NCBI GenBank assembly: GCA_963666115.2
Contig: CAXXET010000007.1
Location: forward strand, 192,001 to 256,000
DNA length: 64,000 nucleotides
Reading direction: 5' to 3'
Origin: Dehalococcoidia bacterium
Lineage (GTDB): Bacteria > Chloroflexota > Dehalococcoidia > UBA6926
Shown: piece by piece, positions 56,565 through 64,000 of the stretch
How positions within the stretch are numbered: the stretch's first letter is position 1
How the letters are laid out: each line of letters opens with the position of its first letter
Notes under the pieces: model-generated
The model's input: only the letters and a program-made list of their open reading frames with translations
The model's database searches: none
What the model was told of the DNA's origin: nothing
Translations under genes and position numbers: made by a program

Positions 56565-59366
56565 CTAGTCGTCTTCCTCCACGTCATCACCGTCTTCGAG
56601 GATTTCTGCGTCTGTGTCCTCACCCTCAAGCGGGGCGTCATCGTCCGGCACGATTTCGACGATGTCCTCAGAAGACTCGACGATTTCGGCGGTTGATTCT
56701 TCGGTGGCCTCTGCCTCTGCAGCCTTTGCCCTGCCGTTCCTGCGGCTCCTGGCGGTTGCTTTCGTCTTTGCGCCGGCTTTGGCCTTTGCCTTTGCGCCGT
56801 TCTTCTTGCCTGAGCCGTTCTTTGCCTCCGGCTTGGGGAGTTCCTCTTCCGGCTCCGGGAATTGGGCTATCGCGACGACTACATCATCCTGCTCAAGACG
56901 CATGACCTGGACACCGCTGGTGTCTCGGCCCTTTGGGCGCACGTTGTCGAGAGTAGTGCGTATCACGATGCCCTTTCGTGAAATGAGCATGATTTCTTCG
57001 TCACGCGTAGCGGCAGCGACTCCCACAATCAGACCAGTTCTCTTATGCCGGTCATCCCGCACTTTGAAGGTCGCCACGCCTTTACCTTTTCGATTCCGTG
57101 TTGGATAGCCGTCAGTCTTGGGCCCTTGTGGTGTCTCGACGGTTTCTCCTGTACCCATACGAGTGCTCTTGCCGTAGCCGTGCGCAGAGATGACGAAAAG
57201 GTATTTCTCCGGGTCCGCGATGACGGCACTGACGACATTGTCTTCCGTTCCCCGCTTGCCGAATGTGATGCCGCGCACGCCGCCAGACGTTGCTGACGCT
57301 GCCCTAAGTGGGCTTATGAGAAAACGAATAGCAAGACCTTGCTCGGTGACGAGGATCACCTGGTCCTCTTCCTTCGCGAGAATCACGCTGACCAGATCAT
57401 CGCCGTCCTCAAGGTTCATCGCCTTCTTGCCCGTGCTTCGCACCCTCACGAACCGCTCCAATGGAGTTCGCTTTACGATGCCCTTTTGCGTGGCAAATAC
57501 GAGGTAATCGTGTTCAGAGAGATCAGACGCAGCCATCACCGTCGTCACGCGCTCATTTGGCGCGAGCGCGCTACCCTGGAACAGGTTGGCGACGGGGATG
57601 CCGCGCGCCGTCCTGGATGCCTCCGCCGGCAGGTCGAAGCACCTGAGCGTGGTCACGCGGCCCCGGTTGGTGAAGAACAGCAGCGTGTCATGCGTGTCAC
57701 ACACGAGGAGATGCTGGACGATATCCTCTTCGCGCGTCGTCACACCGGTCACGCCCCGCCCTCCGCGGTGCTGCCGCCGGTACGCGGACGCCAGCACGCG
57801 CTTGATGTAGCCGCGCTGGCTGATGGTGACTACGACTTCGTTATGCGGGATCAGGTCTTCGCGGCGCACCGCGCCGAGCTCGTTCTCGTCGATCTCGGTG
57901 CGCCGTTCGTCGCCATGCTTCTCCTTGAGTTCCTCGATCTCCTCACGGACGACAGACGTGATGCGCGTGGGGTCGCCGAGGATGGATTCGAGTTCAGCGA
58001 TGCGGGAGCGGAGCTCTTCGAGTTCGTCCACGATGGCCTGGCTCTCCAGCGCGGCCAGGCGGCGAAGCTGCATATCGAGGATCGCCTGCGCCTGCCGCTG
58101 CGACAGGGTGTAGCGCTCGATTAGGGTGATGCGGGCGGCGTCTGCGGACTCAGCCCCGCGAATGACCTCGATGACCGCATCGAGGTTGTCCAGCGCGACG
58201 CGCAGCCCCTCCAACACGTGGGCGCGATCCTGCGCGCGCCGCAGTTCATAGCGCGTGCGGTTGATGACGACATCACGCCGGAAGCGGATGAAGTGGTGGA
58301 TGATCTGGCGCAGCGGGAGAACCTGCGGCTCCCCGTCCACCAGCGCAAGCGCGTTGATGGAGAAGGACGAGCGCATGGCCGTGTGCTCAAAGAGGTTGTT
58401 GAGCACGATGTGGGCTGCGGCGTCACGCCGCAGCTCGATGACGACGCGCAGGCCGTCGCGGTCCGACTCGTCTCGAATCTCGCTGATGCCGTCCAGCCGC
58501 TTGCTGCGAACCAGGTCGGCCATCTTTTCGACGAGCGCCGCCTTGTTCACCTGGTACGGCAGTTCCGTGACGACGATCTGCGGACGCTGCCCACGCGTCT
58601 CGCTGTCCTGGATCTCCGCGCGGGCCTCGACGATCACCCGGCCGCGCCCTGTGGCGTATGCGCTGCGGATGCCCTCTGTGCCGCGGATGATGCCCTCAGT
58701 GGGGAAGTCCGGCCCCTTGATGAACCGGTGCAGATCATCGAGTGTCGCGTCGGACTCGCCGCCGTCCGGCGTCTCCTGCCAGCGGCTGATGGCGAACAGG
58801 ATGGCATCGCACACCTCGGTCAGGTTGTGCGGCAGCATGCTGGTGGCCATGCCCACGGCGATGCCGTCCGTGCCGTTGACCAGCAGGTTGGGGAGGCGCG
58901 AGGGGAGGACGACCGGCTCACGCTCTGAGCCGTCAAAGTTCTCCGCGAACGCGACGGTCTGCCTGTCGATATCGGTGAGCATCTCCTCCGCGATGGCGGC
59001 CAGCCGCGCCTCCGTATAGCGCATGGCGGCGGGCGGGTCCTTATCGACGGAGCCGAAGTTTCCCTGGCCGTCGACGAGCGGATAGCGCAGAGAGAACGGC
59101 TGCGCCAGGCGGACAAGGGCGTCATAGACGGGGGAGTCGCCGTGCGGGTGGTACTTGGCGATCACGTCACCCACCACTCGGGCGCTCTTGCGGTAGGCGG
59201 TGTTGCTGCGCATCCCCTGCTCATACATGGCGTAGAGGACGCGCCGCTGGACGGGCTTGAGACCGTCGCGCACGTCCGGCAGGGCGCGCGAGACGATGAC
59301 GCTCATCGCGTAGTCCAGGTACGCCTCGCGCATCTGGCGCTCAAGAGCAACGGAACGTTCAACCAT
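56565..59366 (-). CDS. gyrA: DNA gyrase subunit A
   Basis: [28 protein letters not shown], GyrA-box QHRGGRG, acidic tail. Confidence 0.97.
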   Translation of the reverse strand: MVERSVALERQMREAYLDYAMSVIVSRALPDVRDGLKPVQRRVLYAMYEQGMRSNTAYRKSARVVGDVIAKYHPHGDSPVYDALVRLAQPFSLRYPLVDGQGNFGSVDKDPPAAMRYTEARLAAIAEEMLTDIDRQTVAFAENFDGSEREPVVLPSRLPNLLVNGTDGIAVGMATSMLPHNLTEVCDAILFAISRWQETPDGGESDATLDDLHRFIKGPDFPTEGIIRGTEGIRSAYATGRGRVIVEARAEIQDSETRGQRPQIVVTELPYQVNKAALVEKMADLVRSKRLDGISEIRDESDRDGLRVVIELRRDAAAHIVLNNLFEHTAMRSSFSINALALVDGEPQVLPLRQIIHHFIRFRRDVVINRTRYELRRAQDRAHVLEGLRVALDNLDAVIEVIRGAESADAARITLIERYTLSQRQAQAILDMQLRRLAALESQAIVDELEELRSRIAELESILGDPTRITSVVREEIEELKEKHGDERRTEIDENELGAVRREDLIPHNEVVVTISQRGYIKRVLASAYRRQHRGGRGVTGVTTREEDIVQHLLVCDTHDTLLFFTNRGRVTTLRCFDLPAEASRTARGIPVANLFQGSALAPNERVTTVMAASDLSEHDYLVFATQKGIVKRTPLERFVRVRSTGKKAMNLEDGDDLVSVILAKEEDQVILVTEQGLAIRFLISPLRAASATSGGVRGITFGKRGTEDNVVSAVIADPEKYLFVISAHGYGKSTRMGTGETVETPQGPKTDGYPTRNRKGKGVATFKVRDDRHKRTGLIVGVAAATRDEEIMLISRKGIVIRTTLDNVRPKGRDTSGVQVMRLEQDDVVVAIAQFPEPEEELPKPEAKNGSGKKNGAKAKAKAGAKTKATARSRRNGRAKAAEAEATEESTAEIVESSEDIVEIVPDDDAPLEGEDTDAEILEDGDDVEEDD

Positions 59367-59444
59367 GAAGCATCGCCTCCATCCCGGGCCGACGGGCAGT
59401 CAGGCGCTAAGAACCATCGGGAAACCTCTGTGATTCGTACGCCC

Positions 59445-59453
59445 AGTCTAGCA
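59445..59453 (-). promoter_or_regulatory. Extended -10 promoter element (TGCTAGACT) upstream of gyrA
   Basis: Same 9-mer as upstream of purL. Confidence 0.45.
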
Positions 59454-59556
59454 TTTTAGGCGGGGGAATGCACGGCATGTATGGGTTGGGGGGAGCCCAC
59501 CACTCGCCTTGCGCGGGGGCGGCGCAACAGAGGACAATGCGGCGCAGGGTGACGGC

Positions 59557-61344
59557 ATGAGAGACCACAGTGTGGGTGTCGACGATGCGCGGCCCGTGCC
59601 GAACGCAGGCGCGGAGGATTTCCGACGCCGTGCCGCGTCCGCCCTCACGCATCCGGTCACGATTGCCGCGCTTGGCCTGCTCCTCGTCAACGATCTGCTC
59701 CTGAAGTCGCTGTGGCCCGGCTCGTGGGTGACCGGCAAGCTGAGCGATTTTGCCTGGCTGGTATTCGCTATGCCGCTGTTGGCGTGGCTGCTGTCATTGG
59801 CGTCCACACGGGCGCGCTACCGGCGCTGGGCATTCGCGGTCTCCTACGCGGGACTGCCGCTACTCTACTTCCTCTACAACACGTTCACGCCCGTCTACCG
59901 GTTGCTCATCGACGGTGCCAGCCTGGTCTTCCGCTACACGCCGAGCTCTCCCCAGGACGCGACCGATTCGCTTGTCATTCCGTTCGCGGTGATGCTGGCC
60001 CTTTGGGTCTGGAGACGCGCGAGCGTTGAGCGCAACGTCCTGCGCCGCCGGTGGACGCTGCTCATTGCAAGCCTCGCAGTACTCGCCAGCATTGCGACAT
60101 CGCCGGCGGAACCTGAGCAGGGCGTAAGAGAGGTTGGCGTTGACCAGGAAGGAGGCATCTATGCCGCAACCGGCGGACTGATATACAGAGTGTCTGATGC
60201 GTACGCGAGCGCCGACGGGGGCTTCACCTGGAGCGAAACGTCCCGTGTGGACTCAGGGATCGTATCGGGCGACGCTGAGACATCAACGCCCCGAGGTCTG
60301 TATTCGCTTGACGGAGCAGACGTGATGCTGACGACTCCGGATGGTCAGACTCGCCAAGTCTATTCGACCGCGTTCTTGGAACATGCGGGAAATAGTTGGC
60401 TTCAAGGGCGGGAGACCGCCGATCTTGGCTACCGGATTCTCGCGACCAAGCCAAAATCGATTGTGCACGACGAGGCGAGCGGCAACGTCATCTTGGCGCT
60501 GGGGCTGGAGGGGGTAGTCATCGGAACGCCAGACGACCAATGGCACAGGGTTGGCGTGGGGCCGTACACACCAACCGATTTCTCGTTTGAGTCGAAGCTG
60601 AGAGAACTCCTGAGTCTGCCTTCTTTTTGGTTCGCATCACTCACACTATCGTTTACAGTAGCGCTGAGCGCACTCATCATTGCCGGAATTCCCAAGCGTG
60701 AAGGGAACTCCGCTACGGAAATCATCCTCAGCATCTTTATCCAAGCCACCACCGGAGTGGGCTGCCTAGCCATATACGGCTTCCTGTACGCGGCTTTCAT
60801 ATTACTCAGCGCAGGAATCGCATCGGCAGTCAATTGGAGTTCGGACGCGCTTGTCGTTCCCACCATTGTATGCGTTTCGCTCTTCATTTCGATTGGGTTG
60901 CCGCTCACATTGAGACTGCGCTGGCCAGCGTCACTGTTTCGTCGAATAGTCGCATACGCTCAGAGTGGAGCGATACTCGTCGCGGCTTTCTGGGCACTAT
61001 TGGTTTTCGATGATACCGGTGTTAATCCCCTCACTCTAACGTGGTTGCTCAACAGTGACGAAATCAGCATCTTGGCAATGCCATTCCTGGCCGCCATTGC
61101 CCCTGGTGCTTTCATCCTGACGTGGCGGCGATGGCGGCACGCGCCGGTTGTCGTGGGTTTCCTCCTAGCAACGAACGTAATGTTCCTGCTGGCGCACATA
61201 ATCTGGCTGCAGGCGGGTATCCCGCGAGTGATTATGACGCTCTGCGCCGTCGGCATTGCCGCCGGCCTCGGCTTTGCGCTCGCCCAATACCTGCGGGATA
61301 GGCCTGGTGAAGAGGGCACTGAAATGGACTTGCCATTTAGGTGA
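59557..61344 (+). CDS. Hypothetical multi-pass membrane protein with extracytoplasmic beta-rich domain
   Basis: LLLVNDLLLK...WVTGKLSDFA N-terminal motif, BNR-like SADGGFTWS, many TM segments; start uncertain. Confidence 0.75.
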   Translation: MRDHSVGVDDARPVPNAGAEDFRRRAASALTHPVTIAALGLLLVNDLLLKSLWPGSWVTGKLSDFAWLVFAMPLLAWLLSLASTRARYRRWAFAVSYAGLPLLYFLYNTFTPVYRLLIDGASLVFRYTPSSPQDATDSLVIPFAVMLALWVWRRASVERNVLRRRWTLLIASLAVLASIATSPAEPEQGVREVGVDQEGGIYAATGGLIYRVSDAYASADGGFTWSETSRVDSGIVSGDAETSTPRGLYSLDGADVMLTTPDGQTRQVYSTAFLEHAGNSWLQGRETADLGYRILATKPKSIVHDEASGNVILALGLEGVVIGTPDDQWHRVGVGPYTPTDFSFESKLRELLSLPSFWFASLTLSFTVALSALIIAGIPKREGNSATEIILSIFIQATTGVGCLAIYGFLYAAFILLSAGIASAVNWSSDALVVPTIVCVSLFISIGLPLTLRLRWPASLFRRIVAYAQSGAILVAAFWALLVFDDTGVNPLTLTWLLNSDEISILAMPFLAAIAPGAFILTWRRWRHAPVVVGFLLATNVMFLLAHIIWLQAGIPRVIMTLCAVGIAAGLGFALAQYLRDRPGEEGTEMDLPFR

Positions 61345-61373
61345 CGGTGATTGGCGTGCCGCTGTCCCGGAGA

Positions 61374-61438
61374 TTTGACACGGCACAATGCCCTCCGTAG
61401 GCTGTATGTACTTCCTCCCCGTCCGCTGGATGCGGCCT
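61374..61438 (+). promoter_or_regulatory. Copy 1 of a duplicated 65-bp promoter-like unit
   Basis: TTGACA-N17-TAGGCT with GGCA-N3-TGCC in the spacer; ungapped homolog at 62015-62079. Confidence 0.65.
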
Positions 61439-61497
61439 ATGCCAAATCCCCGGGCGGGTGTTTTTTGCGCGAATTGGTGAACGGCAGGGAAGAAGAT

Positions 61498-61598
61498 TCA
61501 GGGGGTTCTTAGGAGGGCGACGAAGCCCGCCTGCTCGAAATCCCGGTCATATGCCAGCGCCTGGGTCAATCCCTGCTGCTCCATGACAGCGTCGGCAT
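61498..61598 (-). pseudogene. Internally deleted VapC/PIN toxin remnant
   Basis: ATG overlaps the antitoxin stop (TGATG); MPTL is joined out of frame to VMEQQGLTQALAYDRDFEQAGF, a VapC C-terminus. Confidence 0.7.
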
Positions 61599-61870
61599 CA
61601 GGTCCCTTCTTTGGGATGGCCATTGAGATAGTGCTTCTTGTTCCTGGCGCCGTCAGTGGGCAGGTTTCCCCATATCTCCGGCGGCATGGAATTCTGAGCA
61701 TCTCTCACTCTCTCCGCGATGCCGAGAAGCCCTTTCGGGCGGGTATCGTCAGGACGCGCGGATTTTGGCGCGTTCTCAACCGACACCATGACCTCAGCGC
61801 CGTCCCTGATTTCCAGAGGCTCCAGCGGCGTCAGGACGCCCTTTTCGTATCGTGCTCGCACGGTTGCCAC
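61598..61870 (-). CDS. Antitoxin, AF2212/DUF104-like
   Basis: TVRARYEKGVLTPLEPLEI..GAEV N-terminus; LPTDGARNKKHYLNGHPK C-terminus. Confidence 0.75.
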   Translation of the reverse strand: MATVRARYEKGVLTPLEPLEIRDGAEVMVSVENAPKSARPDDTRPKGLLGIAERVRDAQNSMPPEIWGNLPTDGARNKKHYLNGHPKEGT

Positions 61871-61926
61871 GATGATGACTCCCATGGGGTTTGGCCCTGC
61901 CTTTGGGCATTATAGCGCGGGAGGGG

Positions 61927-61993
61927 TTCACCCTTCGACAGGCTCAGGGTGAACTGTCCCGATGGATTCCGGCTTTCGCCGGAATGAGGGGAG
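61927..61993. repeat. Tandem hairpin repeats (families C and A)
   Basis: GTTCACCCT-TCGACAGGCTC-AGGGTGAAC then ATTCCGGC-TTTC-GCCGGAAT. Confidence 0.85.
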
Positions 61994-62014
61994 GATACGC
62001 GCCTGCCCCAGAAG

Positions 62015-62079
62015 TTTGACACGGCATAATGCCCTGCCTACACTGCACATGCTTCCACCCCGCCCGCTGAACACGTCCT
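62015..62079 (+). promoter_or_regulatory. Copy 2 of a duplicated 65-bp promoter-like unit
   Basis: TTGACA-N17-TACACT, near-consensus sigma70. Confidence 0.7.
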
Positions 62080-62280
62080 GACATTTCGTAGAGCTAGCGA
62101 TGGGACGTTGAGCATGCTGATCGCGCCGTTCACGAGCAGAGCGATTGACGAGGCTGTGGAAGACGTAGCAGCTTGGTTGGGATTCGGCGTGAACATGAGT
62201 TCCTATTTCCGCGTGTTGGGGTGGGAAGACGCACAGGTCATTGAGCAGGTGCAATACATAGGAGGGCCGGGGAGAGGATC

Positions 62281-62772
62281 ATGCCTCTGGAAAACAGGGA
62301 TTACTATCGTGATCTATCGGGTCAAAGGACGCGGCGCGCTTATTCGGAAGAAGAGGATGTACCCCTCGCCGCCGCAGAGGCATTGAATGAGCAGGAGCAA
62401 CTAGACGCGGAGACGCGTCGCTGGGCGAAGGTTTGCCCGAATTGTAAAGGCGCGGGCAAGATGATGGGCGGGCAAGCTCATTATCTGGGTGGTCGGGTTA
62501 TGCCATGCAACGTCTGTGATGGCGCTGGCATTGTGCGGAAGACAGAGGGCGAGCGATCAATGGATGTTGATCCCGTCGCAGTTGCCGAAAAGGAAGAACT
62601 CCGCGAAACCGTCCATGTCTCCCGCAATGCCCCGCCCGTATCCGATCAGCCGAAGGCGCAGGCTGGCAGCGGCAAGCGCGTGATGGTGGCATTCGCGCAA
62701 ATCCTCATGTCCGCTCTCGCGCTCGGGGTACTCTTCTTCGTCGCCATGTATATGGCTTCACAAAGTAGCTAA
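62281..62772 (+). CDS. Hypothetical protein with DnaJ-type zinc finger and C-terminal TM helix
   Basis: CPNCKGAG and CNVCDGAG; GAGAGGA RBS. Confidence 0.7.
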   Translation: MPLENRDYYRDLSGQRTRRAYSEEEDVPLAAAEALNEQEQLDAETRRWAKVCPNCKGAGKMMGGQAHYLGGRVMPCNVCDGAGIVRKTEGERSMDVDPVAVAEKEELRETVHVSRNAPPVSDQPKAQAGSGKRVMVAFAQILMSALALGVLFFVAMYMASQSS

Positions 62773-62808
62773 GGATGCAGATTCTTGAACGACCCTACCC
62801 CGCCTCAA

Positions 62809-64000
62809 TCACTCCCCCGCGTAAATCTCCGTCTCCGGCTTGAAGGCGGCCCAGAGGAACCAGAGGGCGTTGTGGGCGTTGACGGGGGTTAGCTGCTCGC
62901 CGTTTAGTTCACCCTGGTCGGCGGCGCCCAGGAGGGTCCATTGAGTGCCGGTTTCTGTGTCTCGGAAGAATTGCCCCGACGGTTCAAATTCGAGGACGCG
63001 GTCGCCGAGCCGCCTGCTGAACGCGGCGGCGGAGCCGGTGTCATGCGCTTCCGCGATGCTCTCTTCATCCAGCGCGGAACGAGTGCCGGACTTCCAGAAA
63101 ACGACCACCGGCTCGCCGCCAATCTCCGTATTGACGACCTGCGCCTGCCTGAGCCGGGCGAACGGATACGCGATGACGTCACCGCCGATCTCCAGGCCAA
63201 GCACGCGCTCCGTGGGGCTGAGCCGCCCGTCCGGCTGGCCGATGAAAAACTCAGGCGGATTGTTGGGCGAATCATAGCCGAAGTACTGCGAGCCTCCGTA
63301 AACGGACCAGAACTCCGGGCTGCCGCTCGCCGCCGACAAGACCCTGCCATCAGGATACGTGCGGACAAACTCCGCGAAAGACGTGATGTAGGCGGGGATG
63401 TTTTCGAGCCGCCGGCCCGCCGCCTCCCCGACGATGCCTCGCCCCTCCGCCTGCTGCCACCACGATTCTGTGTCATCGTCCCACATCACCGTGTTTGAGA
63501 GCCGCACGTTGCCCGTCGTGCCGAAGTTCAGTTCGACGTCGTCCACCACGCGGCTATAGGCCATTGCCGTGTAGCCCAGCGGAGAATACGCGACCACCAC
63601 CGGCCTGCCGTCGATGACGTCATTCACAATCTCATGGAAGGTCAGGATGCCGAGCGGGTAGGCGCGCGCGTCGCCATTGACCTCCACGACAACGACGGGG
63701 TGATCGGCCGCGAGCCAGTTCAGCATAGCGATGTCGCGGAACGTGTCCTCGAGCGAGCGCATCTGGGGCTGGTAGATGGGTGTGATCCCGTTTCGGCCCG
63801 CGCCTACGGAGATGATCTCGTCCGGGTCTACAGTCCAGCGGCGGAAATCCGTCTCCCGCCACTGGCTAATGTTCACGCTGAGCGGCGGAATCTCCGCATA
63901 GACGTTGACGCCGTCGATGACCTCAAACGAGCCGGCCCCCGGCGTGTTGGTCGTCACGGCGGGCGGCAGCGTGGAACGCGGCGTCGGACTCGCGCCGGGA
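62809..64000 (-). CDS. DUF3179 family protein (5' end outside window)
   Basis: ARAYPL.IL..HEIVND, FGTTG, MWDDDTESWWQQ, WFLWAAFKPET; frame is open to the right edge. Confidence 0.88.
   Translation of the reverse strand, partial: PGASPTPRSTLPPAVTTNTPGAGSFEVIDGVNVYAEIPPLSVNISQWRETDFRRWTVDPDEIISVGAGRNGITPIYQPQMRSLEDTFRDIAMLNWLAADHPVVVVEVNGDARAYPLGILTFHEIVNDVIDGRPVVVAYSPLGYTAMAYSRVVDDVELNFGTTGNVRLSNTVMWDDDTESWWQQAEGRGIVGEAAGRRLENIPAYITSFAEFVRTYPDGRVLSAASGSPEFWSVYGGSQYFGYDSPNNPPEFFIGQPDGRLSPTERVLGLEIGGDVIAYPFARLRQAQVVNTEIGGEPVVVFWKSGTRSALDEESIAEAHDTGSAAAFSRRLGDRVLEFEPSGQFFRDTETGTQWTLLGAADQGELNGEQLTPVNAHNALWFLWAAFKPETEIYAGE

Noticed and set aside
62108-62386. 92-aa ORF downstream of promoter copy 2
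   Set aside because: TTG start without RBS, overlaps the better-supported 62281 ORF, no recognisable motif.

Overview
High-GC bacterial chromosome segment. Gene content and style suggest Chloroflexota/Dehalococcoidia (SAR202-like), possibly host- or sponge-associated given a plant-type LRR lipoprotein; this is inference, not a database result. The housekeeping backbone is purL (partial), a rhodanese, gcvT-gcvH-gcvP (a gcvPA-gcvPB fusion), CIRCE-controlled groES-groEL, tsaD, tilS, purF-purM-purH, argJ-argB-UPF0182-argD and gyrA. A 7-gene acyl-CoA operon resembles an ethylmalonyl-CoA pathway but has an atypical B12 mutase and no ccr in the window. Between backbone genes sit small, visibly less GC-rich accessory inserts: a frameshifted Mrr-like nuclease, PD-(D/E)XK and NucS-like nucleases, an ABC-type ATPase + PIN pair, TA remnants, an LRR protein and a metalloprotease. 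Several of these lie next to short REP/dRS3-like hairpin repeats. Main oddities: (1) a ~500-nt non-coding, extensively base-paired element at ~26.86-27.38 kb whose G-U/G-T pairs all favour the + strand; (2) an adjacent 5.1-kb cassette bracketed by a perfect 27-bp inverted repeat with no transposase; (3) a degenerate class I LysRS paralog; (4) a candidate -1 frameshift in the Mrr-like gene. No tRNA, rRNA, CRISPR array, integrase, transposase or reverse transcriptase was recognised.
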